A stretch of DNA of 63,719 nucleotides, counting the filler, from Candidatus Woesearchaeota archaeon (lineage in GTDB: Archaea > Nanobdellota > Nanobdellia > Woesearchaeales > J072), in assembly GCA_003695265.1 (NCBI GenBank). It is 4 parts of 4 records of this genome, joined end to end, with 100 filler letters (N's around TTAATTAATTAA, not from the genome) between each part and the next. Parts side by side here need not be neighbours in the genome. Positions count along the whole stretch, not along the records: positions 1 to 27,801 come from RFII01000091.1; 3 more parts are not named here. One strand, given 5' to 3'. Shown piece by piece: positions 8,134 to 18,582 of the stretch; the first letter of the stretch is position 1, and the number at the start of each line of letters is the position of its first letter. A program made the position numbers and the translations under genes. The notes under the pieces were generated by a model. The model saw nothing but the letters and a program-made list of their open reading frames with translations, searched no databases and had not been told where the DNA came from.

Positions 8134-8838
8134 ATGGAAACAAAAACAAGGGACGCGTCTGATTTCAACCCATCAATAATTCAGGTGATAAAACACATTT
8201 TTTTTAAGCCGAAATTCTCGCTGAACACAAAAGCAATAAAAGAAATGATATTTGATTATGAATATGCGAATTATAAAATATTAAAACCCCTGCTTTCTGA
8301 CATAAAATTTGATAAAGAAGAAATAACAATGTTTTATCCTGGATGCGGTTTTGATTCTGTCTTCCCATTATTGTACCTTGATATTTTGCTCACAAAAAAG
8401 AACAAGAAAGTTGACTTGATACTTAATGACATAAACATTTCTCATGATTTAATGTGCAAAGCATTCCAAAAAGTAACAGGGCTGAATTACGCAAAGAAGA
8501 TTGGGAAAGCACGCTATTACAAAAAATTCAGGCTGCTTTTCAAAGATAAGGAAATAATGCTGCACACGTTTGAATCCAACGTTTTAGAAGCCCGACCAAA
8601 GATATTAAGCAAAGGAATCGATATTTATTTTGAGAGAGGGTTCAAGATAATAAGAGAATCAAGCGAGAATTTCCTGCCATTTGTCCTGAAGCATGTGAGA
8701 AAAAAAGGTTTGATAATAGTTGACCAAAGAATAGATGATCCCAACTTAATAAAAGAGTTCAGCCTAAAAGAAATAAACAAGAAAATACCAAAGGATTTCG
8801 GCTTTTACAAAGACTTAACAATTTACAGAAAAGAATAG
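8134..8838 (+). CDS. Hypothetical protein, possible SAM-dependent methyltransferase fold
   Basis: FYPGCGFD resembles methyltransferase motif I; the rest is unrecognised. Confidence 0.5.
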   Translation: METKTRDASDFNPSIIQVIKHIFFKPKFSLNTKAIKEMIFDYEYANYKILKPLLSDIKFDKEEITMFYPGCGFDSVFPLLYLDILLTKKNKKVDLILNDINISHDLMCKAFQKVTGLNYAKKIGKARYYKKFRLLFKDKEIMLHTFESNVLEARPKILSKGIDIYFERGFKIIRESSENFLPFVLKHVRKKGLIIVDQRIDDPNLIKEFSLKEINKKIPKDFGFYKDLTIYRKE

Positions 8839-8876
8839 CTTTTGTGAGAGCAAAACTTGTTAGATATTTTATTGTA

Positions 8877-9605
8877 TTAATTAATCCTTAATCTTGAAAG
8901 AACATCTTCAGCGCGCAAAGCATCATTAAGGTTGATAATTGGCTTTTTTATGTGAAGAGAATCATCAAACGCTATTCTCGGGCATGCGGTGCTCACCCAT
9001 ACGTCAATGAAAGGAAAATTGTCAAAAGAACTGTAATTAATGTTGTTGTCCAGGAAATAATAAAAATTTTTATTCGGGTACTTTCTCTTAAGGCTAAGAG
9101 CTGCGCTGTACTGCTGTTGTCCCGGCTTTGTTGTGATTAAGATGCCAACAGTTTCTTTGCTGATGAATTTCATCAACGAAGCCTTGTATTTTCTTAGGAT
9201 TTTCTCAACGTTTCTCCTTGCCAGCACACTACTCTTCTTTGATATTGGATCAAACACAACGACAGGCTTAAAAACGCTTGATTCCTTCTGCTGCAAAACT
9301 AATGCTAAAGGATGAAACATTCCGTCGCCTATGTAAAGAAAAGCGTCAGGCGTTTCTTTCATTTTAAGATTTCCACTAAAACAGTCACACCCAAGAATCT
9401 GATACTTTTCTTTCGTCCTTGCCGGCCTTGAAGAAACAACCTTTATGCCCTGCTTTTCAAGCTGCTCCACAACAAGCTGAATTTTTGATGAGAATTGAAC
9501 AGAAGCGTACAAAGCCACAACCCTGAATTTTTTAAGGAGGTCAAGCGCTTTCCTGCTCAGCCTTATTCTCTTCTTGTACTTAGCATCAATAAGCAATAGC
9601 TTCAT
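8877..9605 (-). CDS. dph2: Diphthamide synthesis Dph2, C-terminal part of a split gene
   Basis: QILGCD, YIGDGMFH, TKPGQ, TACPRI motifs. Probable start is ATG 9605, overlapping the upstream stop (TGATG); track start 9611. Confidence 0.85.
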   Translation of the reverse strand: MKLLLIDAKYKKRIRLSRKALDLLKKFRVVALYASVQFSSKIQLVVEQLEKQGIKVVSSRPARTKEKYQILGCDCFSGNLKMKETPDAFLYIGDGMFHPLALVLQQKESSVFKPVVVFDPISKKSSVLARRNVEKILRKYKASLMKFISKETVGILITTKPGQQQYSAALSLKRKYPNKNFYYFLDNNINYSSFDNFPFIDVWVSTACPRIAFDDSLHIKKPIINLNDALRAEDVLSRLRIN

Positions 9606-9871
9606 CACCACCCAGCCTCCTTAACAAAAGCGTTATGCCCAAATTGTACGACAAGATCGATTTTCAGGCTTTGAAGGCCTAATGGGATGTCGCAAGCCCC
9701 AAAGCAGTCACCCAGCCAGATAAAAGCCTCAGAACTTGTCTTTGATCTTATTGCATCAATTATTTTTTTTGCGTGCGGCTTTAGCCCGTCAGGCAGCTGA
9801 ACCAACACGTTCTTAGCCTTTATTTTATTGATGTGAGCAACGACTTTGCCCAATTCTAAATCATAATCCAT
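9605..9871 (-). CDS. dph2: Diphthamide synthesis Dph2, N-terminal part of a split gene
   Basis: VLVQLPDGLK, CFGACD (first FeS Cys), LVVQFGH. Confidence 0.85.
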   Translation of the reverse strand: MDYDLELGKVVAHINKIKAKNVLVQLPDGLKPHAKKIIDAIRSKTSSEAFIWLGDCFGACDIPLGLQSLKIDLVVQFGHNAFVKEAGW

Positions 9872-9924
9872 GATAAGAGAAGAGAACAGAAGAATTTATA
9901 AATGTTTTTTTATTCTCCAGATAA

Positions 9925-10995
9925 ATGATATCTGTAATAGGTGCCGGGCCGGCGGGCTGCCATTACGCAAGCCTTGCAAAAGATGATGTTACAATATTTG
10001 AAGAGCATGAGAAAGTAGGCTTCCCAGTGCAGTGCACAGGAATACTGACAGGCTCAATTTTCCGCGTGTTAGATGATGTCCCGAAAGATATTATTGTGTC
10101 AAAGATAAAAACGTTCAGGATAATAGCTCCTAACAAAAAACAGATTGATATTGATTTAGACCAGCCTAACCTTGTGGTTGACAGGGGCAAGTTTGACAGG
10201 TTTCTCATGCAGAAAGCAATTGACAACGGAGCAAAGATACTTATGGGTCACCGCTTCTTAGGCTATGAGGAGAAGGGAGGCAAGTTCATTATTAAGACAA
10301 ACAAGGGCCTGTTTAAGAGCGACATGCTTGTCGGCGCAGACGGTCCTAGAAGCGCAGTAGCAAGAGCTGCTGGCATTTATGGAGAAAGAGAGTTCCTGCA
10401 GGGCCTTCAGGCAAGAGTATATTATAAAGGAGAGCCGGGAGTGTCAGAGGTGCGCCTTGGCCTCGGAGAGTTCGCATGGGTTGTTCCGGAAAATGAGAGG
10501 ATAGCCAGAGTCGGGGTAATAGGCAAAAACGTTGGTGCTGATTACAAAAAATTAGTTGGGGATTGCAAAATAATTGAGAACCAGCACGGCATAATCCCAC
10601 TTTACAACCCAAAACAAAAGCTGAGGAAAGGAAACGTTTTCTTAATAGGGGACGCTGCCACCCAAGTAAAAGCAACTACTTACGGAGGGATAATTTATGG
10701 GCTTCTCGCAGGAAAAATGCTGGCAGAGGACCCTGAGAATTACGAAAAAAATTTTAACAAAAAGCTCGGCAAAGACTTGTGGCTCAGCCTCCAAATGAGA
10801 GAAGCGATGAACAACATGAGCGAGAAGGAGTGCGACGAACTCATAGAAGTGTTCAGAAAACATGACAACAGAAAAATTTTGGAGAAATACGACCGTGACT
10901 TTCCAAGCAGGTTCATAGTGCAATTACTCCTAAAGGAAAAGAGCTTGTGGAAGCTCAGCTTCAGCGCTCTTGCAAAGAAGTTCTTCAAGCGATAA
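9925..10995 (+). CDS. Geranylgeranyl reductase family FAD-dependent oxidoreductase
   Basis: VIGAGPAG, QCTG, DRGKFD..L...A...GA, VGADG..S.VA, LIGDAA.QVK..T.GGI. Confidence 0.88.
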   Translation: MISVIGAGPAGCHYASLAKDDVTIFEEHEKVGFPVQCTGILTGSIFRVLDDVPKDIIVSKIKTFRIIAPNKKQIDIDLDQPNLVVDRGKFDRFLMQKAIDNGAKILMGHRFLGYEEKGGKFIIKTNKGLFKSDMLVGADGPRSAVARAAGIYGEREFLQGLQARVYYKGEPGVSEVRLGLGEFAWVVPENERIARVGVIGKNVGADYKKLVGDCKIIENQHGIIPLYNPKQKLRKGNVFLIGDAATQVKATTYGGIIYGLLAGKMLAEDPENYEKNFNKKLGKDLWLSLQMREAMNNMSEKECDELIEVFRKHDNRKILEKYDRDFPSRFIVQLLLKEKSLWKLSFSALAKKFFKR

Positions 10996-11027
10996 TTATT
11001 TAACCTTCAAATATTACTCATTCAGAC

Positions 11028-11564
11028 ATGAGAAAATATTTTTTAACACTGACAGCATTATTATTGGTAATTACGAGCTGCTCCCACAACAATGCAGAAG
11101 TGGATAGCCTTAACAAGGTGAATTATGAAAATAGATTAGTGGTTAGCAGCGCTGCTTTTGAGCATAATGGGCTTATACCAAAAAAATACACGTGCGACGG
11201 AGCAGATGTTAATCCACCGCTAAGCATTGACAACATTCCAAAAGGAGCAAGGAGTCTTGTGCTGATTGTTGATGATCCTGATGCTCCATCCGGAACTTGG
11301 GTGCACTGGGTTGTGTGGAACATACCATTAGGGGACATAAAAGAGAACAGCGTGCCCGGCACTCAAGGTCTCAATGATTTTAAGAAAAAATCCTGGGGAG
11401 GGCCCTGCCCGCCTTCGGGAACGCACCGATACTTCTTCAAAGCGTATGCCTTAGACACAATTCTCAACATAAGTCCTAATTCAAGAAAACATGATGTGGA
11501 AAAAGCCATGCAGGATCACATAATAGCAAGAGGAGAGTTAATCGGCCTTTATAGCAGAACATGA
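11028..11564 (+). CDS. YbhB/YbcL family PEBP protein with lipobox-like signal
   Basis: [29 protein letters not shown]-terminal LLLVITSC. Confidence 0.92.
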   Translation: MRKYFLTLTALLLVITSCSHNNAEVDSLNKVNYENRLVVSSAAFEHNGLIPKKYTCDGADVNPPLSIDNIPKGARSLVLIVDDPDAPSGTWVHWVVWNIPLGDIKENSVPGTQGLNDFKKKSWGGPCPPSGTHRYFFKAYALDTILNISPNSRKHDVEKAMQDHIIARGELIGLYSRT

Positions 11565-11568
11565 AAAG

Positions 11569-12078
11569 ATGCAAAGGATAAAAGTTGTGCTTGGGGATAT
11601 TACAAAGCAGAAAGTCGACGCAATCGTGAATGCCGCAAACCAGACTCTTCTAGGAGGAGGAGGGGTTGACGGCGCAATTCACAAAGCAGCAGGCCCTGAG
11701 CTGTTAGAGGAATGCAAAAAAATAGGAGGGTGCAGGACAGGCGAGGCGAAAATAACAAAAGGTTATAAGCTGCCAGCAAAGCACGTGATTCACACTGTCG
11801 GACCTGTGTGGACAAGAGGAGAGAATAATGAAGAAAACCTTCTAGCAAATTGTTACAATAACTCTTTGGAGCTTGCTGCAAAGCACAAAATAAGAAGCAT
11901 TGCATTCCCGTCAATAAGCACAGGCGCTTACAGGTTTCCCGTTGAAAGAGCGGCAAAGATTGCTGTTAAGGAGATAAATAAGTTTCTTGAAGGCAATGAT
12001 TCCATCGAGCTCGTGCTAATTGTTTGCTTTGATGATAAAACATTTAAGGCTTACCAGTCAGCGCTAAAAGAAGGCTAA
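11569..12078 (+). CDS. Macro-domain O-acetyl-ADP-ribose deacetylase (YmdB-like)
   Basis: [40 protein letters not shown]. Confidence 0.95.
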   Translation: MQRIKVVLGDITKQKVDAIVNAANQTLLGGGGVDGAIHKAAGPELLEECKKIGGCRTGEAKITKGYKLPAKHVIHTVGPVWTRGENNEENLLANCYNNSLELAAKHKIRSIAFPSISTGAYRFPVERAAKIAVKEINKFLEGNDSIELVLIVCFDDKTFKAYQSALKEG

Positions 12079-12079
12079 C

Positions 12080-12180
12080 TTAATTTTGTTGTGTTGGAAA
12101 TTTGTTTCTTATAAAATCACAAGAATTTTTTAGTCCCATCGCACTTCCCAAATAATTAATGCTTATCACAATTAAGATGA
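12080..12180. repeat. Dispersed AT-rich palindromic intergenic repeat, copy 2
   Basis: Aligns with 4575-4655. Its 3' part ATCACAATTAAGATGA (12165-12180) matches 8066-8081 at 15/16. Confidence 0.7.
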
Positions 12181-12232
12181 CTTAAAGCACAAAAGAACAA
12201 AATTTATAAAGCAGAATAAGTAAGGAATTAGC

Positions 12233-13213
12233 ATGCAGGTTTTTAGGCTGGAAAAAAAGAGGCTCATGCCGTTCCTAAGAAAGGTGATGAGGAGTTATGA
12301 GCTAGTAGCTCCTGTCAAGACAGACCTTGTCAGGTTTGAAAAAATAAAAAACCCAAAGAGTATTTGTTTTGAAAAGCCGTATTTTCCTGTGAAAGGGTTC
12401 TTCTTCAAAAAGCATCAGGTCTTGTTCGAGTTTGACGGAAGCAGAGTAAAGATTCCTGCAAATAATGAGCCTGAAAGGGTTTTCTTCGGCCTGAAAAAAT
12501 GTGATTTGAACGCGATAATAAGGCAGGACAAGGTCTTTTTGGAAGACGCAGAAGACCCTTATTACAAAGCATCAAGAGAGAAAAGCTTTCTATTAGGATT
12601 TCATTGTGATGAGGCCTGCTCAGAATACTGCTTCTGCGGCTCAATGGAGCTAGTAGATTTTTATGATTTAATGTTTTATGATAAGGGAAACCATTTCTTA
12701 GTGGAGGAAGGCTCAGAGAAAGGTCGCTTTCTCATAAGCAAGTTCAAAGAGTTTTTTAAGCCTGTCCCAAGAAAGATAACGCAGGAAGAAAAAGAAATAA
12801 AGGGAACTGACCGCCTCAAAAAAAATAGTATAACACACCTTTATGATCATCCTGGCTGGCAGAAAGACGTTGAGAATTGCTTTTCTTGCGGGGCGTGCAC
12901 TGCCCTTTGTCCGACGTGCTACTGCTTTGAAATTCACGATGAGGTGAAATCATCCTGCTTAAGCAAAGGATGCCGGAAGAGGTGCTGGAGCTCCTGCCAA
13001 TTGCAAAGCTTCACAAGAGTTGCTGGAGACCACGTCTTCAGAGAGAAAAGAGAAGAGCGCTTCAAGCACAGAATATTCCACCAGCTGGGATACTTCAAGG
13101 AAAAATATGGAATGAACCTTTGCGTGGGCTGCGGAAGATGCATTGAGGGCTGCCCAACAAGGATTGATTTTATAAAAACAATCAATGAAATGGAAGATGA
13201 ACAAAGAGAATAA
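12233..13213 (+). CDS. hydB: Group 3b [NiFe]-hydrogenase (sulfhydrogenase) beta subunit, 4Fe-4S
   Basis: CD..AI...D..F, CFCGS, CFSCGACTALCPTCYC, CVGCGRCIEGCP; first gene of the four-subunit cluster. Confidence 0.88.
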   Translation: MQVFRLEKKRLMPFLRKVMRSYELVAPVKTDLVRFEKIKNPKSICFEKPYFPVKGFFFKKHQVLFEFDGSRVKIPANNEPERVFFGLKKCDLNAIIRQDKVFLEDAEDPYYKASREKSFLLGFHCDEACSEYCFCGSMELVDFYDLMFYDKGNHFLVEEGSEKGRFLISKFKEFFKPVPRKITQEEKEIKGTDRLKKNSITHLYDHPGWQKDVENCFSCGACTALCPTCYCFEIHDEVKSSCLSKGCRKRCWSSCQLQSFTRVAGDHVFREKREERFKHRIFHQLGYFKEKYGMNLCVGCGRCIEGCPTRIDFIKTINEMEDEQRE

Positions 13214-14024
13214 TAACCTAACAGAAGAAAACCCTTATGTTCCAAAACCTTACAAAGTAACAGATTTTTACAGAGAAACTTCAGACACTTTCACTATAAC
13301 AATAGATATGAAGGTCAAACATGACCCAGGTCAATTCGTTCAGGTTACTCTGCCAGGCATTGGGGAAGCTCCAGTATCAATATGTTCTGACTCCGACAAG
13401 TACATAAAGCTGAACATAAGGGAAGTCGGCAACGTGACAAGAGCGCTTGCAAAGCTTAAAAAAGGAGACACCCTTCTTATCAGAGGCCCTTACGGCAACG
13501 GCTACCCAATGGAAGTTCTTAAAGGAAACAACCTCCTTATAATTGGGGGAGGCTGTGGGGTCGCGCCTTTAAAAGGGGTGATTGATTACGTGGAGAATCA
13601 CAGAGATGATTACCAGGAGGTGCAACTAGTATTAGGTTACAGGTCTCCTGATGACATAATTTTTAAGAGAGAGCTTGCCGAATGGAAAAACAAGTACAAC
13701 TTGCAGGTTACTGTCGACAAAAACCCGCAAAGCAAGTTCTGCTATGATGCAAAAGTCGGCTTTGTAACAGAATACTTAAAAGAAGCCCACCTAAGCAATG
13801 AAAACAAGGTCGTTTTCATTTGCGGCCCTCCCATAATGATGAAGTTTGTTATTGATATTCTGAAAGAAAAGGGATTCAATGATGACCAAATATTCATAAG
13901 TGCAGAACGCCTGATGTACTGTGGGATAGGCGTTTGTTGCCACTGCATGATTCATGGAAAATTCACGTGCCTTGATGGTCCGGTGTTTAGGTATGATGAG
14001 GTGAAAGACTTTAAAAATGACTAA
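13197..14024 (+). CDS. hydG: Group 3b hydrogenase gamma subunit, FAD/NAD(P)-binding with 2Fe-2S
   Basis: PGQF, GE.P.SI, RGPYGNG, GGGCGVAP, CGPPIMM, ERLMYCGIGVCCHC...C.DGPVF. Track start 13185. Confidence 0.9.
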   Translation: MNKENNNLTEENPYVPKPYKVTDFYRETSDTFTITIDMKVKHDPGQFVQVTLPGIGEAPVSICSDSDKYIKLNIREVGNVTRALAKLKKGDTLLIRGPYGNGYPMEVLKGNNLLIIGGGCGVAPLKGVIDYVENHRDDYQEVQLVLGYRSPDDIIFKRELAEWKNKYNLQVTVDKNPQSKFCYDAKVGFVTEYLKEAHLSNENKVVFICGPPIMMKFVIDILKEKGFNDDQIFISAERLMYCGIGVCCHCMIHGKFTCLDGPVFRYDEVKDFKND

Positions 14025-14808
14025 GCCAAAAGTAGGATTTTTTGGTATAACAGGGTGTGCTGGCTGCCTGCTCTCATTTATATTCAACGAGGACGAAATA
14101 CTTGACATTACGAACCTTGTTAACCTCAAAGCATTCCCTTTTATTAAAGAAGTGAACGCTGATGACAATTTTGACATTGTTTTCTTAGAAGGACTTGTTG
14201 CGAGCAAAGAAGACCTCGAAACACTAAAAAAATTGCGTGGCAACACAAAAATCCTTGTTTCATTAGGGGCTTGCGCCTGCACTGGATGCGTTCCTGCTTA
14301 CAGGCACTTCACATTAAAGGAAAATTATGAGCATTTGTTATATGAGAAAAGAGAAAGAATAAGGGATGTTGAGCCCACGCCAATAGACGCGCACGTAAAG
14401 GTTGATTACTTCATTCCAGGATGTCCACCAAACAAGAAGGAAATACTTTCTTTTATTAAGGATTTATTGCTCGGAAAGAAGCCAAGACAATACACAGACC
14501 CTGTTTGTGTTGAGTGCAGGAGAAACAATAATCTATGCCTGCTTGACATTGGAAAGCCGTGCTTAGGCCCAATAACCTTAGGAGGATGCAATTCTGTATG
14601 CACGAACGGCGGTTTTGAGTGCTGGGGCTGCCGCGGACCAACAAAGGACATGAACTTAGACTTGATGATTAAGGTTTTGAAAGAGAAAGGGTTTGATGAC
14701 AAATTTATAAAGGACAGGATGAGAACATTTGCTGGCCTAAAGCTGCCTGTGCTGGAGCGTGTAATAAATGCCAAAGGAAATAACGCTAAACCACATAACA
14801 AAGATTGA
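14017..14808 (+). CDS. hydD: Group 3b hydrogenase small (delta) subunit
   Basis: GCAGC, GACA..GC, PGCPP, distal CVEC..C..CLGP..GC...C...CWGCRG. Confidence 0.9.
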   Translation: MTKPKVGFFGITGCAGCLLSFIFNEDEILDITNLVNLKAFPFIKEVNADDNFDIVFLEGLVASKEDLETLKKLRGNTKILVSLGACACTGCVPAYRHFTLKENYEHLLYEKRERIRDVEPTPIDAHVKVDYFIPGCPPNKKEILSFIKDLLLGKKPRQYTDPVCVECRRNNNLCLLDIGKPCLGPITLGGCNSVCTNGGFECWGCRGPTKDMNLDLMIKVLKEKGFDDKFIKDRMRTFAGLKLPVLERVINAKGNNAKPHNKD

Positions 14809-16042
14809 GGGGCACGCAAGCCTCACTCTCGGAATAGAAAAAGGCAAAGTGACAAGGTGCGAGCTCGGAGCAGTTGAAGGTTCAAGGTATTTTGAAGGCC
14901 TCGTCCGAGGAAGGCATTACTATGAAGCGCATGAAATGACTTCGAGGATATGCGGGATTTGCAGCACAGCTCACGTAATAGCAGCCATTAATGCTATTGA
15001 AGACGCGCTGAAGTATAAGCCAACAGAGCAGACAAGAAAATTAAGAATTCTTGTGAGCTTAGGTGAGAGGATAAGGAGCCATGCAACCCACCTTTACTTT
15101 TTAGCCCTGCCTGATTATGTTGGTTATGAGTCTGCTTTGGCAATGGCAAAAAAGTACAAGCCGCAATTAAAGAATGCTCTTAGTTTAATGAAAGTTGGGA
15201 ACAAGATAATATCAACCCTGGGATCTAGGGATCTTCATTTTGTCTCTGCAACTGTTGGCGGCTGGCTGAAGCTGCCAAGCCAAGAAAAGATTGACGAGCT
15301 TAGCAAAGAACTCGAATCTGTTAGAGAAGACGCAGTAAAAACATGCGAGCTTTTCTCATCATTGAAGTATCCTGACTTCAAAAGCGAAGGAGAATATTTT
15401 TCATTAGTCAAGAAAAAAGAATACGCTGTTATTGACGGCGACTTTTCTTCTGAAAAGCACAAATTCAAGAAAAAAGATTACAAGAAATTCCTAAGGGAAT
15501 ACCATGAGCCTTACTCAACAGCAAACTTTGTTGTGAAGAATGACCACAGGTACATGGTTGGAACACTGCCAAGAATAAACAACAACCACAAATTGCTCAG
15601 CAAGAATGCGAGAATGCTTTTGAGGCTTTCAAGAATAAAGATTCCATCATTAAACCCCTATCATCACAACATCGCGCAGGCCATCGAATTAGTGCACTGC
15701 ATTGATGAAGCAATAAAAATTTGCAAAAGCCTAAAAATAAGGGACGAGCCAGTTCAGAAGCCGAAAGTCAGGGCAGGAACAGGCATTGGGGTTGTTGAAG
15801 CGCCACGCGGAACACTATGGCATGAGTACACACTAAATGATAAGGGAGTAATAACAAACGCAAACATAATAACGCCAACAGCCCAAAACCTTCTCAACAT
15901 TCAGGAAGACATAAGGAATTTTGTTCCCTCAATAATCAAAAAGAGAAAGAAGGATATCATAATGGATATTGAAAAGCTTATAAGAAGCTATGACCCATGC
16001 TTTTCGTGCTCAGCCCACTTCTTAGAAGTAAAATGGGTTTAA
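14768..16042 (+). CDS. hydA: Group 3b [NiFe]-hydrogenase large (alpha) subunit
   Basis: KIEGH, L1 SRICGICSTAH, EAPRGTL.H, L2 DPCFSCSAH plus a short cleavable tail FLEVKWV. Confidence 0.93.
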   Translation: MPKEITLNHITKIEGHASLTLGIEKGKVTRCELGAVEGSRYFEGLVRGRHYYEAHEMTSRICGICSTAHVIAAINAIEDALKYKPTEQTRKLRILVSLGERIRSHATHLYFLALPDYVGYESALAMAKKYKPQLKNALSLMKVGNKIISTLGSRDLHFVSATVGGWLKLPSQEKIDELSKELESVREDAVKTCELFSSLKYPDFKSEGEYFSLVKKKEYAVIDGDFSSEKHKFKKKDYKKFLREYHEPYSTANFVVKNDHRYMVGTLPRINNNHKLLSKNARMLLRLSRIKIPSLNPYHHNIAQAIELVHCIDEAIKICKSLKIRDEPVQKPKVRAGTGIGVVEAPRGTLWHEYTLNDKGVITNANIITPTAQNLLNIQEDIRNFVPSIIKKRKKDIIMDIEKLIRSYDPCFSCSAHFLEVKWV

Positions 16043-16404
16043 GAAAACTGTACGTTTTCGGCAACGAATTTTTGAAAGATGACAGCTTCGCGCTCAGAGT
16101 AGCGGAAGGCTTAAGCGGCGTTGATGTTGTTCACTGCAGAAGACCTGACGAACTAATGGATGAAGAAGGGGAATTATTAATCCTTGATGTTATAAAAGGA
16201 ACAGACAACATAAGAATTATTAAAGACATTGACGAAATAAAAACAAGGAACCTTGTAAGCATGCATGACTTCGACCTAGGATTCTTTCTGAGCCTTATGA
16301 AAGAATTAGGAAGCCCAAAAAAAATTAAGATAATAGGAATCCCAGAAAAAGGAGAAGAAAAAGAGATTTGCAAGAAAGTAGAGCAAATAATAAATAATAT
16401 TTAG
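16033..16404 (+). CDS. Hydrogenase maturation protease (HycI/HybD-like), short and divergent
   Basis: VFGN..LKDD, LLILD, S.HD motifs; directly after hydA. Track start 15997. Confidence 0.7.
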   Translation: MGLRKLYVFGNEFLKDDSFALRVAEGLSGVDVVHCRRPDELMDEEGELLILDVIKGTDNIRIIKDIDEIKTRNLVSMHDFDLGFFLSLMKELGSPKKIKIIGIPEKGEEKEICKKVEQIINNI

Positions 16405-16419
16405 ATTATTATTCTCATA

Positions 16420-18582
16420 ATGGTTTCGTACAAGTTTTTCATAAGGGGTGTTGTTCAAGGAGTAGGTTTCAGGCCATTTATTTACAACGCATGCAAGAAA
16501 GCAGGCCTAAAAGGGTACGTGCAGAACACTGGCGAAGGAGTCATTGTTGAAGTCGACGACAAGGAAAAACTCATCAGAATCCTAAAAGACGCTCCTAAAT
16601 TAGCGAGGGTTGACTCTTTCAATGTTGAGCTAACAAGCAACACTTACAATGATTTCAGCATAAGGGAAAGCAAAGGAGAAGGGTTTGCTGAGATTCCGCC
16701 AGACCTCTACCTGTGCGAAGACTGTTATGAAGAGCTAAACAATCCAAGCAACAGGCGCTACAAGTATTTCTTTAACACCTGCACTAACTGCGGGCCAAGG
16801 TTTTCAATAACAAGGAAGATTCCTTACGACCGCGAAACAACAACTATGAATGAGTTTAAGATGTGCAGAAAATGCAGGGAAGAATACACAAATCCAGAGA
16901 ACAGGAGGTATCACGCGCAGACCATAGCGTGCTTTGACTGCGGGCCAAGGCTAAGACTCTTTGCTCACGGCAAAGAGGTAAAAAAGAAAGCGGAACTAGA
17001 TTACATAAGGGAAGCTGCTGAGCTTATCAAAAAAGGAGAAATAGTCGCAATAAAAGGCATTGGAGGATTTCATCTTGCGTGCAGAATAAGTGATGATGCT
17101 GTGAGAAACCTCAGAAGCATAAACAGGAGGAAGCACAAGCCATTTGCAGTTATGTGCAGGGACACTGAAATGGCAGAAAGAATAGCTTATGTTTCTGAAG
17201 CTGAAAAGAGAATACTTGAGTCGGTGCAGCGCCCAATACTCATTCTTAAAAAGAAAAAACTATTGCGAGAGGTAAGCGAACTTGACACTGTTGGAATAAT
17301 GCTGCCCTACACAGCACTCCATTACTTATTGTTTGATTTCATAAATGAGCCGATAATAATGACTTCCTCAAACATAAGCGACGAGCCAATAACAAGGAGT
17401 GATGAGGAGCAATTTGTGAAAAATGTTCTCACAAATGACAGGGTTATTGAGAACAGCATAGATGACTCATTGGCAAAAGTCATACAAAACAGGGTTTTTC
17501 TTATAAGGAGGAGCAGGGGCTTTGTCCCAGCATCAATAACAATAAAATTTGGTGAAAAAACACGAAGTAAAAAACAAGTTCTGGCTTTAGGAGCTGAAAT
17601 GAACAGCGCTTTCTGCATTTACAAGAACGGAAGAGCAATCTTATCACAGTACTTAGGAACAACTTCCAACCAAAGCGCGTTTGAGAATTACAAGAGAACA
17701 GTAGAGAAGTTCTTAAGATTTACAAACACAAAGCCAGACCTCCTGATTTGCGATCTTCACCCCACTTACAACACTTCACTTTTTGGAGAATTCCTTTCAG
17801 AAAAGCTTAAAGTGCCTTTGGTGAGAGTGCAGCACCACAAAGCGCACTCTTACTCTGCTGCTGCCGAGCACAACCTAACAGATTTTGTTGGAATAGCTTG
17901 TGACGGCCTTGGTTTTGGAGAGGACAACACAATTTGGGGCGGCGAAATTTTTTATAAGAACAAAAGAATAGGGCACTTAGAACCACAGCTTCAGCTTGGC
18001 GGAGACAGCGCAGCTGTTTACCCTGCAAAAATGCTTTTCTCAATACTCTCAAAATTCTTGACAAAAGAGGAGCGCGACAAGCATATGAAAGGAAAGTTCA
18101 GCGCGAAAGAACTCGAGATAATGCAGAAGCAGTTAGATGAAAAGTTTAACTGCCCCTTAACAACTAGTTGCGGCAGAATCCTTGACGCGGCGTCTTCTCT
18201 TCTTGGGTTCTGCGACAAGAGGACTTATGAGGGAAGGCCTGCAATGATGCTGGAAGCAAATTCAACCAAGCCGTACGATTTAGAACCTGTCATAAAAGGG
18301 AATGTTTTGATGACAACGCCGATTTTCGAGTTCCTGACAAGCAATATTGACAAAGACAAGAAAAGGCTAGCAGCCACTGTTCAGCAATACCTAGCAGAAG
18401 GACTTTATGAGATAGCCTCAAAGAAGGGCAAGCCTATAGTGTTCAGCGGAGGATGCGCTTACAACAGGATAATGAGCTCTTTTATGATAAGAAAAGGAGT
18501 TTACACAAACGAAAAAGTCCCTGCGGGGGACGGCGGAATAAGCTTCGGCCAAGTATCATATTACTTAGCCAACAGTACTTAG
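16420..18582 (+). CDS. hypF: Hydrogenase maturation carbamoyltransferase HypF
   Basis: GVVQGVGFRPF acylphosphatase domain, two CxxC-x18-CxxC zinc fingers, KGIGGFHL, DLHP.Y, QHH.AH, GDGGISFGQ. Confidence 0.96.
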   Translation: MVSYKFFIRGVVQGVGFRPFIYNACKKAGLKGYVQNTGEGVIVEVDDKEKLIRILKDAPKLARVDSFNVELTSNTYNDFSIRESKGEGFAEIPPDLYLCEDCYEELNNPSNRRYKYFFNTCTNCGPRFSITRKIPYDRETTTMNEFKMCRKCREEYTNPENRRYHAQTIACFDCGPRLRLFAHGKEVKKKAELDYIREAAELIKKGEIVAIKGIGGFHLACRISDDAVRNLRSINRRKHKPFAVMCRDTEMAERIAYVSEAEKRILESVQRPILILKKKKLLREVSELDTVGIMLPYTALHYLLFDFINEPIIMTSSNISDEPITRSDEEQFVKNVLTNDRVIENSIDDSLAKVIQNRVFLIRRSRGFVPASITIKFGEKTRSKKQVLALGAEMNSAFCIYKNGRAILSQYLGTTSNQSAFENYKRTVEKFLRFTNTKPDLLICDLHPTYNTSLFGEFLSEKLKVPLVRVQHHKAHSYSAAAEHNLTDFVGIACDGLGFGEDNTIWGGEIFYKNKRIGHLEPQLQLGGDSAAVYPAKMLFSILSKFLTKEERDKHMKGKFSAKELEIMQKQLDEKFNCPLTTSCGRILDAASSLLGFCDKRTYEGRPAMMLEANSTKPYDLEPVIKGNVLMTTPIFEFLTSNIDKDKKRLAATVQQYLAEGLYEIASKKGKPIVFSGGCAYNRIMSSFMIRKGVYTNEKVPAGDGGISFGQVSYYLANST

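Noticed and set aside
14768..16042. Possible [NiFeSe] hydrogenase or recoding
   Set aside because: Both CxxC motifs use ordinary Cys codons and there is no in-frame TGA.
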